The notes under the pieces were generated by a model. It did no database searches and was not told where the DNA came from. It was given only the letters and a program-made list of their open reading frames with translations. A stretch of DNA of 64,000 bases from Bigelowiella natans CCMP2755 (Eukaryota; Protista; Cercozoa), in assembly GCA_000320545.1 (NCBI GenBank), contig ADNK01001699.1, positions 1 to 64,000 of the forward strand. Reading direction: 5' to 3'. The position numbers were made by a program, and so were the translations under genes. Numbering within the stretch: position 1 is the first letter of the stretch; every line of letters begins with the position of its first letter. Below, one piece after another: positions 12,861 through 26,899 of this stretch.

Positions 12861-13506
12861 CCAAATACACTAGTCCGTCCAGCCAACACCATGGCCACGT
12901 CACCAAACCAAAATTCAATTACAACGAAGTGGTGATGGCGTGTGAGGATGCAACGCCCCTCTCGATCCAAATAATCCCCAAGAACCTGCATTCATCGATG
13001 ATAAGCACTTAGAACGCTGCAGCTTTCGATGTTTTGTAATCACATAATCTACCTCACGATCAGCGCTCAACGTTAGCCCTTTCCGAGCGAAAGTAGCAAC
13101 CCCGTTGAAACCCTGGCGAGTAGTCATTATTGGCTATGACCATGACAACCACATGAAGCATCATGATGCAGCAGAAGCAGCGACAGTGCTTGCACGACAG
13201 TCTTCGATAATCTTTCTTTAATTTTGATGATGGCCACAGCTACATGATATCCGTTTATGTGGACGGTAGAGAAACGAACAAGTTAAATTTGGAGGATGAT
13301 CTGAATACTACCTTTTTCTTCGACGATATTGTTAGAGGGCGGGAAGAGTACACCGTGTGGTTGGTACAATAACAGCAATACCAGCAGCAGCAGCGTGAAT
13401 GAAGCGATGGACATTCTAAATGAAGGGTTATAGTTTACCCATAGTGTCGCCTTATGAAGGCAAGTGCCTTGGCCCAACTCGCTACGTTCCAGCTTACAAT
13501 GTGCAT
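8541..13506 (-). CDS. ExoIII-family AP endonuclease, APE2/APN2-like (multi-exon)
   Basis: Exons give MHIVSWNVASW, GFNGVATFARKG, DREGRCIL, FNIYTPNDG, VILAGDLNI, RYTCWDQ, NQGARIDYIFVD and YTPPQYSDHIGV. A C-terminal PIP-box-like QLRLDSFF is an APE2 hallmark. An upstream exon near 13700 is possible. Confidence 0.85.
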
Positions 13507-14012
13507 CCTGCGTCAACCACGGGGGAGGGGTTCTCCCTGTGATGTCTCTTCGATGTTCTCCCTCCGACAGTCCGACAGGGACAGTCACAACATCTGCATG
13601 TGCATTATTGTAAATCTTATGTAATCATTTCTGTATGAAGAAAGAGACAAAATTCACATGTAAGCACAAGATGTGAGGTAGACCTACTCTCCCTTCTGCA
13701 TCATTTTTGTGGAGAAAGAGCTTGAGGGAGAAAGCTCGGGTGGGATCAGTGGGAGGGAGGGAGGGCACGTGTCTTTCGCTCGTAAGCGATTTTTCATGAT
13801 ATTTCTCCGATAAATAAATTACTGAATTTCGCATGGCATAAATAATAAAAATGTCTAGGATAATATGTCGTATACACTATTTCCCCGTAGTCGCCTTTTC
13901 TTACCAATGGCCTAGAATTACATATGTGCGACTTGAAAAAATCGCGAGTTTTAAATAGTTAATCGAAAACTTCCTTCAAGCACTATTTCCTAGTCAACAT
14001 TGTTTTGTGGTG

Positions 14013-17000
14013 ATGACCGCTAACCGATCATGCCTTCCCAACATCAGCATAATGCTGGTGGTAGCAATAGTTGGTTGCTGGGTTCGACCGAGTGTAGCGT
14101 TACAAACCGATGTCATGTACAGTGGAAAAGACAAGGGCAACCTATCGAATCCACAACTGGAACATCGGCGCCACCAGCTTCAATTGTTATTTAATCTTGA
14201 AGCCAACCTAACCGACGTCGCCCATTCCAAATCTCACAGTGATATTAATATTGCAATAAATAACGATCATAACAATGGTGCTGGTGCTAGTTTAAATACC
14301 GCAGCAGCCGCTGGACAAAACATGGCGATGCTTGGATGGAGTAATGAATTTCTATGATTTCTATGTGAATTCGCATGTTTAAAATCTATGACGAATCTAT
14401 AAGTCAAAATCATTATGTGGTACTTGTTGTTTGTCATATTTTTCTCAGATGCTAGGCACATTGTGACGACGGCTGCAGCTGTCATGATGTACTTTGTGCA
14501 AGCATGTAATTAATGATTTGTTAGACAAGCTCAGAGTGTATTTAAATAACTTATCAGATACGTTTGCTTTGTCTCCGTGCTTCTATTTGGCCTACTGCAC
14601 CTTTTGACGAATCCTGAATACCACACATCCAATTCCAAACCACAAAATTGGTGTAGTGATTGCACAGAGAACTGTGATTTATGCAAGACGCTTTCTCTGG
14701 GTTTGAATGAGCGCTGTTCGAAGTCTCGACTGAACTCATCTAGTTGGGATTACGAAGGAATTGTTGTTAGCAAGCGGGAAATCACTAAGGTGATATTATA
14801 TTTATTGTATCATAGACTGGATAATATACATATGTGAAACTACCTACAGATCACTAATTGGGCAAAGCAGGAACACTTTGGGATTCATATCGTACAGGAA
14901 ATGTTCTTTAAGGTAGGTGTATCGGAAGCAATAAAAAATACTTAAAGTACCGGATATTATTAAATAGAGTGATGGTGGAGAACTTGGGCGACTTCCGAGG
15001 AAACGATGCGAGTATATATTCACCAGACTGAATATAGCCCCAGATATATTGGTTGGTGTTCAAGGGAGATATCTACGTAAGTCCAATCGATTGACTGGGT
15101 TAGTCATCTAACGATAAAGCTAAATTTGTAAAACAGAAATGAGAGATATTTCGGATATCATGACGAAATACTTACCCGAAGTGCCAACTGATATGAAGAT
15201 TATCTCGAAACCAACTATATCTGCTGAAGATCTTCAAAAAATTTTCTCAACCTCACAGGTTTCCACTATTTATAACTACTAGTTTAGTGATCAATTGACG
15301 ACCGATGAATTGCAATTAGGGTGAAGCGTTGGAGATTGGTGAATGCAAGCATCTCATACGAAACGTAACTCGCGGCCTCGAGCTAATGTCTCCAATAGGA
15401 TTTACACAAATCCTTTCCAACTTCTGCACGTCTTACAAGTAAAGAACCATATGAACACCAGAAACTTTTGCGAACAAAAAATCTTATTTGTACATTGCCG
15501 CAGTAATTTTTGGTTCAATATGGATTGTTTCCGCAAGGTAACAACATGAAGAATAATTATAGACATTTAGGCGAATGAGTAAAAGGTGATGGTATTTGTG
15601 AGGTAGAGGCACATCGGGGGAAGAGGGAGGACGATACATTTCCATTTCTTACAACCCAGACCAATTCTTTAGGTTTATCAAGACATGTCACACCCAATTA
15701 CCGACTACTTCATCTCCGCAGCTTCTCCTTTTCTCTCAAATCCGAAAAGTTCTTTCGGCGATGTATCTGTTTTGAGGAAGTTGTTATTGATGGGATACCG
15801 TTCAATTCATTTGGTTATTCGGGATGGCCAAGGTGGTTATCCTGTAGTTGATACCTGGTGCATAGGAACTTCATCTGGAATACCGATTAATGAAGTCCTG
15901 GATGTTATATCCGAATTTACTTTTCAATCATCTTCATATCCATGCATCCTTTGCCTTTCAAACAATTGCAGTGCTTCACAAACTTATAAGGTAAAAATAG
16001 TAATATCAGATCTTAGCGTAGTAATAATGGACAGATCTGACAGATTAAAAGAGAATTGAAATGATCACCCTACTAGGTCACGAAGGCTTTAAAAGAGTGT
16101 TTTGGTGATGCACTAGCAACCCCTTGCGAGGAAAACATTGTACGTCCTAGAATAAAATAAGATACGATTCTAGCCTATATTAATTTATGTTGAAATCTTC
16201 ATACTCAGATGCCAAGCCCAGAATCATTGCGGAGGAAAATTCTTATTTTAGAGAGAGAATTCTCACCCAAATCTGTGACTAATGACTCAAAGGAGGAGCA
16301 AAAACGGACAGCATTGTCTGATATATATTGTTCATACTCAGAAATCAAGCAAAGTAAACTTCTTTTTTTACCAACATCTACAAGCATCGCTGATAATCGA
16401 CACTTATCAACGAGCAGCGACGATGTACAATTTGAACCCCGAACTGTGAATTTTTTCGATGAATCTCTTTATTGCGATATCGTTGAATCAAACACCCCGG
16501 TCTCTTTTCCGTATCACAAGCTTGGTATATTTTCTATCCCTTCGCATGAGATACCAGCTCAGCACGCACGCCTCTTTGGATTTCAATTATGTCCTATGAA
16601 TTTTGAAATAAAGAGACGTGGATCTATACAAGATCATGTAAATCACGGTACCAATTTGCTATAATTCACATCTGAGGTCAATTACTTCTTTATAACTTCT
16701 GATTACTTTCAATTAGGATGGTTTGCGAATAATGGTGGTTGTGGATATGTGTTAAAACCTCATTGGATGAGGGGCCTTATAGAAGCACCTGAAGTAAAAA
16801 GTGATAAATCATTAAAAATTACAATCATCTCGGGTCACTTCATTCCATGCCACCACATGTCGAATGTTAGAGGTAAATCAAGCCTCTCCGTGCAAGTGCA
16901 ATTACTTGGGAGTCCAACCGATGAAAAAAAGCTTGAGACACAATATGTCCAAGAATCAAAAGGACTGCGAGTTCGCTGGGATAAAGATTCGACTGTGAAT

Positions 17001-17231
17001 AATTGCTTTGTATTCTCAAAAATAAAGCGGCCCGAGATGGCATTGGTTTATGTTATTCTCAGAAGAAATGATCCTGACAAAGGAAAACGGGCTATAGCTC
17101 AAGCTTGTGTTCCATTGAGTTTGATTCGTGATGGTTTGCGCATAATACCATTATGCAATGACAAGTCAGAACCTATTTTTGGATGGTTGTTTGTCAAAAT
17201 CGCTAATGATTTTTTCGAAAAGGACAGATAG
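14013..17231 (+). CDS. Phosphoinositide phospholipase C-like protein (X, Y and C2 domains) with degenerate catalytic residues and a predicted signal peptide plus TM helix
   Basis: X-box QDMSHPITDYFIS...SSYPCILCLSNNCS, Y-box end FGFQLCPMNF...GWFANNGGCGYVLKPHWM, and C2 domain LKITIISG...RPEMALVYV...GLRIIPL. The link to the 14013-14790 exons rests on phase-compatible GT-AG introns. Confidence 0.75.
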
Positions 17232-17930
17232 CAACCTAAGTAGCGTTAAATGGTATTGTGTTACTAATGTGCCCAGCTATTAGACTTTACTTTAAGACAT
17301 TGAACAGCTAGATGAATTTTAACTCAAAATAAAAATAAGGGCCACGCTAACTGAATGTAATGGTCATGCACCTAGCAATCATCTGCCGCGTGCTATTTTC
17401 CATCAATTTGGTACCCTATGAGAAAATGTTGCTAAATTTGCTTGTGCACTGCATGCGTCTAGCGGTGTCACATTTAGATCTGAGATGTACTATGTGCACA
17501 CTGCTAGACTGCTAGACTGTTCTGTCCTAGCTACAATTCGAGTGAACATGACAAACCGCGCGTAGCAGCACGTAGTAACATGGTGCGTGCTAGCGTGCGA
17601 TGTGCCTGGGTTACGAAAAAGCTGATTGTACATAGCATTGTAGAGAATGTACATTGATTTTATTGCGATGGCGATGCACAACTTAGACACAGTAGAAATA
17701 ATGAGAGACAAGCATGAATTCAAATTTAGTAAGTGTCCATCAAGATCCCAATAGAAATTAGTATGCGCAGGTTCTAGAGCAGGGCATGCTAGCATGTTAA
17801 AGCTGCTTGTGTGTGACTATGCGGCTAATCTGTACATAACGCCACCTTCAAGATCTGCGGCAAATCGCAATTTTCTACATCTCGTCTAGAACGTGATCCT
17901 TTTGTTGCTTGTGTGCTTTCAACTCGTTCA

Positions 17931-18960
17931 TTAGTGGTGATTTTCAAGTTGTTTGGCTCGATGTTGGAGGAGCAACATGTGTACTTTTGACATAGGGAGT
18001 CCAGAAACTTTAAGAATGGGTGAATCTTCACTGTCACTAGGGTTTTGACTTTCTTCTCCACACTCTGTCTTGCTGTCACTCTTGGTAGAAGTAACAGCAG
18101 GAGGAGATATTTTCTTTGGCGCATACCTGATGGTCAAGTCACACTTCAATATCTATTTGAGTGCATCAATTTTTATTTGTAACGATCTTACAACGCAGAC
18201 AATTCGATGTCTCCTACCTCGCCGTGTTGACTAAAACATCCATCCTTCCACGCATCAGTAAAGGAAAACTCAGCCTCTTGGTTCCTACCGGTGATGTAGC
18301 TGTGCCCCCCCCCCACGATGCTGGTGGTGGTTTGAGATCGCTATCTATAATTACTCGGTGACGGGCAGCTAGGAATCTACGCTTCGTGAGAACCTGTATT
18401 GAAATGAAAAACGGTGACGATGGATGGTGATGGGGATCATGATGATGATGGTGATGATGATGATGATGATGATAATGATGATGGCGTGCTTGGTTATTCC
18501 TAAAAGCAGCATGGATTCGATACCACCTGCAAAATTTCACCGGCAAAGACGATGACATCTAAAGTACGGTGGGGTGGGACAAAAAGGGAAGGGGAGTGGC
18601 CGCAGGGGGAAGGGCACTCGAATGAGCAATGGAAAATAACGAGGCAGCAGAAGAGAATTATAGAAATGAAATAAAGTTGTATTCATCATCCCTTTGGAGA
18701 ACCCAATGTTGACGACAGACAGACAGACTAAGCGGTGATGATCGGAGAAATGTAAAGGACGTTACTAATGATGATAAAAAGGGAGAAGAGAAGCTCTTGA
18801 GTCCATAATGACGACTATATTTATATGCATGCAACCCCACCATTCTCAGAGTTGGCAAGTTTTTCGGCACTTATCCATCGAGGAGAGTGATTACGACATT
18901 CCCCTGCTCCTTGTTGTTGTTGTTGCCGATGCAGGTCCTTGATCTGCAATCCTGGAACCT

Positions 18961-18998
<38 letters not shown>

Positions 18999-19102
18999 AC
19001 GATGATTTGCAAGGGTCAAAAGGATCTACTAGCACTACCCGAGAACATGGCCCCACTGTTATGAACGTTGAGTCTGTGTGCTCCTCGAATACTATCATCG
19101 GC

Positions 19103-19136
<34 letters not shown>

Positions 19137-19652
19137 CTTTGTTGTCTTCATTACCATCACTATCAGTGCGATTGTCATTATGCCAAAATTCATTGCCTCT
19201 ACTACCAGTTTTTCCCTCTGTTTCTCCTTCCTTTTCTTCTTTCACCTCTTCCTCGTTATCGCCTTCTTCGCTCCTCGTATATCCCCCCCCTTTCCCAGAT
19301 CTACTGGTGCTACTGCTGTAGGTTCCTACTCCTCTTTGTTGCAGCATAATACGTTCTCTCTCCTCCTCTCTTCGGTCTCCTCCGCATCTTCCTCTCCCCC
19401 TCCTTCCATGTTTTGCTGCATCATTTGTTCTTGGTGGATGGTAATAGCAGATGCGGAGAGAAGAGCTGCTTGCCTGATAAACGTATTACTGTGACTAATC
19501 TAATGCCACAGCAATTTATGTGTTTGCGGCAATATGGAGAAAGCAGGTTGCTGCAGCAGCAATACGTGGGTAGCAGATACACGGGGAGTTTGCACATATT
19601 TTACGTTACTTCTATGCATACTATTGGTGCGATGTTTGTGCGTGTTATCTCT

Positions 19653-19726
<74 letters not shown>

Positions 19727-22389
19727 TTCATGGCAACTTGTTCGGGATCGAGAGAAGGGCCATCCATCATGTGCAAAAATGCTTCGTCAGGAACTCTATG
19801 ATAATAATAATGATGATGATAATGATGACTGTCAAAATAGTAACACCAAGGAGATGACAGCATTCACTTAACTACTACCTACAACCATGCATGTTTTTAA
19901 TTGTCTCATTCTTCTTCATCATCTTCTTCATCATCATCTTCCTCTGAGCAGGCATGGGGGTATAGTAGCAACGGCCAAGACAGTCATTGAAACAAACCTT
20001 AAATATTCTGCAATCGAGCACAACACGCTCCTGTGTATTATATCATCATCATCATTATTATCATCCAAATTATTGCCTCCTCTCTGTACAATATTGATGC
20101 GTGGTGCCGTGGATTGGAAGCTTATTTTATTATAGTGGCATTATTTCTATGCAGCATACTTGCCAATGAGCGATAGCAATACGAATGTCCGTTTCACGAG
20201 TAACTCGAAATCTTCATCCTCCTTAGCACGCTTCGTCTCTAATCTCTGTTGTTGTTGTTGTTGTTGTTGTTGAAGAAGAAGTGCTGTTCTACCATTAATA
20301 GCCCTCCTACTACTCCTCCTCCTCCTCTCATTGCTGCTGCTGCAAGTACTGCTGCTACTGCTGCTACTTTGACTTTCCCTTCTCCTCCCCCTCCATCCCC
20401 TCAAGCCCTCTGGCAATAGCTTGCGTTTAGGGCCTAGCAGTCGGCATTCAAGAAATTCACTGCTAATAGGAGGAGGAGGAGGAGGAGGAGGAGGAGGAGG
20501 GACAGCGGCAGCACCCGATCTCTCTCTATCCATCCCAGCCTCCTCGACGCTTATTCTTCCTCTTCTTCGTCTTCTTTCTCCATCCTCTGTATTTTTTTGA
20601 GATGATGATGATGATGCTAAATAATGAAATCCATCATCATGTCAAGGATTTAGTTGGTTGGGATATTGTTGATGCTTATACGTGCTTTGACACAATCAGT
20701 CGTCATTTTAGTTCATTTGGCACCATAACAGTTGAATCCAAGGAAATAGTCTTTAAGGTGTTCTTTTCCTCTTCCTCCTTCTTCCTTCTTCTTCTTCTTC
20801 TTCTTCTTCTTCTTCTATTTACTAGGCAACAACAAAATGCCAGAATTTTTCCGTCGACTTCTCACCACTGGTCTCCTTAGGTTGTGCTTGTGATTCTTCT
20901 TCTCCTTCTCCTTCTTGAGCTGCTGCTGTTTCTTTGGGATGTTGTTCAGAGGTTTTCTTATATGGAACCTGTCGTTCATTTTGTGGTACTGGCATGGCCA
21001 ACTGTTGTTCAAACGGAACAGCTGCCTCTGCAATATACCTGATGATGATGATGATGAGGAGGAGGAGGAGGAGGAGGAGAAGGAGGAGGAGAAGGAGCAC
21101 ATTTCAACACAACACTGTCAGGAGAAAAACCCTACATTCATATTCATGATATACCTCAACAATGTGGACAATTTTGGCACATTTCGCTACATAATACTAG
21201 TCCCCTCCCCTTATTCCATCGGGATATTTCGATATATTTCACAATAAATAGCGTTCCAAAATCTTAATCAGATATATGACAATGGTATTATTATCTGGTG
21301 AGGAGCCAAAAAACCAACGAGGCTCATAAACATCGTTGCAACAAGTGCATAGGATGCGCCTTTATACAGACATTTCCTCTTCATTTTCATTATTTTTGTT
21401 AGCATGATAACCACCCTGTCATTCTTCCTCCTTCATTACGCATGCTGCCAGCAAGTCTCATTTTCTCGTCCTCTTCCAAATTTACACAGGCAATAACGTA
21501 TTTACTCTTTAATATCAGCGCTTTTGTGTTGGTGGAAAGAGTATAATTGAAATCAAAAGGTATGCCACCAACGGCGTCGTCGTCTATATGTGCGTATAGG
21601 ATTATTACCGTGTTCCTCAAAGAACTTCAAGGCTTCCACCTCCAACTTCCGAAAAATCTTGGTCTTATTTGACGGCAGCTCGATTATCACAAAGCAGTCC
21701 TGCATCCAAAAATACACCATTTCGGTGTATTGGCTCATTTTTCAATTCCTTATAGTATCGTTGATGAACTAGGGGGAGGGGTCTCATGCTGTTATTTCTC
21801 TTCTTCCTCACCCACCTCTTGCAGCTGTTTGCACATTCGCCTACGAGCAACATCCGATGTCACCATGTCCTGCCATCTGATTCGTTTGTGATTCGATGCT
21901 TCTGTTTTTCTCCCTTTATTCCCTCCCTCACCTTCTCCGTCTACCTCCTCCTCCTCTTTCTTCTTCTCCGTTTTCATCTCTTTTCGGGTTCGGGTTGCAG
22001 GACCCGGTGGGGTGGGGATCGTGGCTGAGTTGAGCAATCAGCCAACTACGAGCATTCACAAGTGCGACAAGGACTCTAACCTCATAAAGTCTAGAAAGTA
22101 AGATAATCCCCCTTATCGCAACGACGTTATAAAAATATGTGAGATTCCAGCTGCGCGACAACCTATTATGCAGCGGTTCACATATTTATAATCCTGAGAG
22201 ATACTCCAGAGTTTTGTTACATTTGCCCTGGTCGAATGCACAGCTGCGACATGCAGGACAACAACAACTCGCGACAACAACAACAACAACGCTGCTGTTC
22301 TCCTTCCTAGTGGAAACTATATTTTGACCGAGTTTACACCAATACAAGATGATGAAAAAAAGGAGGAGGAAGAGAAGGCTAAGGCCCAT
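17931..22389 (-). CDS. 2-oxoglutarate/Fe(II)-dependent dioxygenase, IPNS-like family, with low-complexity inserts (5' end uncertain)
   Basis: FEEHTDSTFITV (HxD), PGLQIKD, VIVFAGEILQVLTKRRFLAARHRV (distal His) and RLSFPLLMRG (RxS). A DIOX_N-like segment CFVIIELP...ALKFF lies near 21610-21740. Confidence 0.7.
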
Positions 22390-22929
22390 TTTTTTGCCTG
22401 CTTGTTGTCGATTCTCTTTTTTAGGTAAAATCGCCGTGAAAGAGTCGGTGAAATTCGATTCTCTTACTTCCCTCTACTGCAGACTCTTATTTTCCTCCGC
22501 CTCGTAAGCCGTTCGGCGCTGTGTTCACTCACAAACAACACACACACACACACACAGCAGAGGGAGGTGTTAGGGGTAGCAATAACAAATACTTGGAGGG
22601 TGGTGGTCGACTTGTGAGGAGAAAGAGGTCGGTGCTACTATCATCAGATTGTCAAATCCACACGAGTGGGCGAGATTAGCTGCTTTATTGACAAGCACTC
22701 GAAGAACTTCCACAGTCCCCCTCTCGGGTGTGGACGATAATAGAGTGGGAGCAAGCCGAGAAGACGAGAAAGCATAGACGTACAGAAAGTCGTTGCAACG
22801 AAATCAAGAAGAACGAACCAAGTAAGTTGCTCTCATAGTCTGGTTTTAATTTTGGTAATTTGCGCTCCAAGAATCGAGAGAGATAAAGATGTATTCAATC
22901 ATAGGTGTTACCATTGCTGGGAATAAAAT

Positions 22930-24031
22930 ATGCATGAACCACTCCTAAAAAATGAGAAGGAGCTCAAGGCTCTTGTTAGTGACAGTAACGACGTTGCTAC
23001 CAGCAAGGTTTAAATTTGTCCGTCGTCGCTCATACACATAAATAGGAGATTGATTCATTTAATTATGCAATTTTACTTCATCGCATCAGACTGAATATCG
23101 AGCTAACTGATCGATGATAAACATATAACATAGGGTAAACGTGACAACTACTACGGCAATGATGACTCAACATCATCCACCAGTGTAGGTCTATGCTGTT
23201 GGCTATGCAGTTGCAGGCCAAGATGCTCTGGGAATATCAAAACGTTGATCACAGGTTAGAAGGAGGAGGAGGAAGAGGAGGAGGAATTCTGTGGGGGGGG
23301 TTGTGGTGAAGTTAGTAAGAGAATTATGCAAGAGCTCACAGTGTCCTTGCTGTCTTATTCTAGTGATTATTTTGTTCTCCGTGGTCTCCATTGCTCAACT
23401 TCTTGGGAGGTACGTTTAAATAGTCACATCCCTGCTTTAGTGGCTGTCGATGATAATTTACAACCAATACAAATAATAAATTTGATGAATGAAATATTAG
23501 CTTCATTTCCAACTCCCTGGCGTTGTTGGGAGATTCCATAAGCATGGGCATCGACACTCTGACGTTCTGCGGCAATCTGTGAGAACCTAACAAATACCTT
23601 ACTAATTTGTTCATCATCACGTACATCCTGATGTTTCTCGAAGTAGTATTTAGCAAAGGTGTGATGGTACTTACAAATAATCCATAGATATGCTGAGTGC
23701 TCGGTTTCACGACATCGGGTCACAATCCAGCTAGTCGCATCCGGAGTAAGATATCATCATCACCCTCATCACCCTCATCATTATCATTATCATCATCATC
23801 ATCATCACCGCATGTATAAAGCCTTGGCTTATTCTATCGAAGAATGGTACATACACAAAAACACATTAATGAGCTCACACCATTTGGATTATCGGCCTCG
23901 ATAACTCCGATGCAGTCGGTGCTTAGGAGAGACTCCAGTCTTTCTTGGAATATATATATATCCCAATAGTTTTTGTCAGAAATTCTTCGTGTTCCTCCCT
24001 CCCTCTCCCCTTCCTGTGTGTTTATTTAACA

Positions 24032-24072
<41 letters not shown>

Positions 24073-24157
24073 TACCAGGTAAGTTTATTAGCGCTCAGTT
24101 TATTTACAATATCTGTAATTGTGGAAGCCGTTGACCGACTCATGTATTCGGATAAGG

Positions 24158-24190
<33 letters not shown>

Positions 24191-25293
24191 GATGATGATG
24201 ATGATGATGATGATGATGATAGTGCTGATGATAATAATCAATTATTATGATAGTCACTTATTGTTATAAACTTTAGTGCACCGTGGACCCGTACATCGTT
24301 CTTGGATTCTCGTTCGTAGGTGTTGTTTATTCTAACGAAAATACACAATAACAATACCAACAACAACAACAACAACAACAACAAATTGCAGCCCTGCGCT
24401 ATTTACATAAATACTTATGGATTTCCTGTTTTGTTGAAAGGGCTATGCTTCGACGTGATATGTTTCATTGCTTATTATTACTGGGGATCGGACCCCTTTG
24501 ACCCCTCCGCATTTGACGATGGACAACAACAACAACAACAACAACAACAACTATGCCAAGGAACAGAATCAGAAGCTGAAGAGGGATGGCAGCCAAAGCT
24601 ATATAATCATCCTGCCAAAAGACTTTCCAATGGGTTTCACAGTAGCCGCCCTCCCCATGATCAGGAAATGGGAGATAAAAACGAAGGTGTTCACGGTAAT
24701 TTTGGGGTATTTCCTTCCTCTGCTCCTCCTCCTCCTCCTCCTCCTCCTCCTCCTTCTCCTCCTGAATACATTTTAGCATATGTCACTCAAACTGTACAAA
24801 ATGAAAAACGATATGATAGGAGGAGGAGGTTCTTCGTTGAGTAGGGAACCAACTGCATTACAGGTGTGTGTTGTGTGTTGTGTTGGTCTTTATGCAACAA
24901 ACAAATCTTTGTGATAATGATGATGCAAGTTATGTAAGATAAAAGGAGAATTCATCACAAAACGGAAGAAAATAAAATTGTGGATATTTGGGTGTATGTA
25001 TGTGTATGTGTGTGTGTGTGTGTGTGTGGCTCTTATATTCACTTCTGCTATTGAAATAGGAGGCGTTTGTTAAGTCTCAAATGGCTCGAATGAATATGTG
25101 CTCGGCCCTAATGCACGTGGGATCGGATGCACTTCGGTCAATTACGACACTTATAGAAGGTCAGCAAATGCTGCTGGTGGTGATGATCATGATGATGATG
25201 ATAAGGAATAAAAGTGATTGTGAGAATTAATGGACCTGAGTGTTTCTTCTTCTACATACAGAATGTCAAAATATTGCCTAAATATAATTGTCG

Positions 25294-25330
<37 letters not shown>

Positions 25331-25439
25331 ATTTTCTCCCCACTCTTCTTCTTCTCTATCTGTTAGGACTTCTGATTCTTTACACAGATCTTGACTCGGA
25401 AAATACAGATGCTGTTGCCTCACTGGTAAACATTAGCAC

Positions 25440-25474
<35 letters not shown>

Positions 25475-25966
25475 CTCGATACATATATTTGGTTAATTAT
25501 TCTTCGCTCGTCATATTATATATATATTACATATATACATATGCAACAGGGTTCCCTCGTATCTCATCCTCCCTTCCTTATTTTTATGATTATATGAATG
25601 TGTTGTGTCTTGCAGATCGTTTCTACTATCATAGTCATCGGTACAATAGGAGCTCTTTATGAATGGGCACATCAGGTGTCGGTCATTGGCGCCTATTTTT
25701 AATTATAGAACGTACATTAGAAGCATATGAGTTGGATGATGACGTTCCCCTCAATAGCTGCTTTCGCCTTTCCCTCCCCCCCTCCACCCCCTCATCAATA
25801 GTGTTCAAGGCATTACCGCGGGGAACTACTCACTCCAACACCGTCCGACCTTGCCACGTTCAAAGTTGAAAGCAAAGCGAAGCAAACTAGCAGCCAGAGC
25901 ACTACCGCAGCAGACGCTAACATTGACAGTAGAATCAGCAATAAAGGAAAGGCGATCCAAGGTTGA
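22930..25966 (+). CDS. Cation diffusion facilitator (CDF/SLC30-like) metal transporter
   Basis: Exons give NSLALLGDSISMGIDTLT, VSLLALSLFTISVIVEAVDRL, VDPYIVLGFSF, MNMCSALMHVGSDALRSITTLIEG (HxxxD in TM5) and DAVASLIVSTIIVIG. Confidence 0.8.
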
Positions 25967-26484
25967 TTTGCTTATTACGATGTGTTCTAATTGACTGCCC
26001 CTACGATATTGCCTTATCATCATCATCATCTCACCTCTTCGCATTGTCGTGCAGGATTTATGCCGCATAACAACTCAGTGTCCTTCTCAAAAGAAAATTC
26101 TACGGCGACAGCACTGAGAAGTAGGTATCAAGCCCTTGAAAGATAATAAGCATGAACAAGACTCAATGTCGTATTTAGAATAAGCAGTGCTGGCCTATGC
26201 ATTGAATGCACGGTGTTCGTTATCCGCATGTATGCTATCAAATACAAATACATACAACAATATCTGGGTATTGTCTAGATTGTAACCGTACATGACAACA
26301 TGCGTGCAATGCGTGTGTCTCATTCGACAGCATACTTGTACATGCACGTGCACATGCATAGCAGATTGTTAGTTCCAATGTTGTGCATGGATGAATCATG
26401 GAGTCATGCACACATTGCAAAATTGCCATGTTCGAATGGGGCTGTGTACGTGGCCATGGTTCGTCACCATCTTGCATTGCAGTG

Positions 26485-26899
26485 AGTTGATGGTGGATCA
26501 GCAGGCCCCATTTTTGCAGATGACGATTTTCCATGAAAAATGCAGCGCGTTCAATTTCAACTCTTTTTTCATGCGGACTTCGGCATTCGCTTGCTCTGTA
26601 TCTGCTGATCGATTGTCCATCTTTGCGGGACAAAACAGGCTTTGAAAATTGAAAGAGCCAAGACAAATTGAATTTTCATGAAACTGTGGCGGGAACTCGC
26701 TCTTGTTGAATGTGATGCAAAAATGCTTGCACAAGTTGTCCCCAAAAACTTCAAGCTACGCAGGCGCAGGAGATCTAGAGAAGCGAATGTCGAAGTCCGC
26801 GTGAAAAAAAAATAAAACTTCGTGGTGCTGGCACATTGCAAAGTCGCCATTGCTCAGGATCAGAGGGAATGGGGGCTGCTGAATGATCCGTCATCAACT
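26485..26899. mobile_element. MITE-like non-autonomous element with terminal and subterminal inverted repeats, TpA-depleted
   Basis: Outer IR agttgatggtggatca-gcaggccccatt (26485-26512) versus aatgggggctgctgaatgatccgtcatcaact (26868-26899). Inner IR 26564-26592 versus 26781-26809 matches 27/29. Confidence 0.65.

Noticed and set aside
8541-13506. The AP endonuclease as the endonuclease of a LINE element
   Set aside because: It is intron-rich, has a PIP-box-like C-terminus and no linked RT, consistent with a cellular APE2-like gene.
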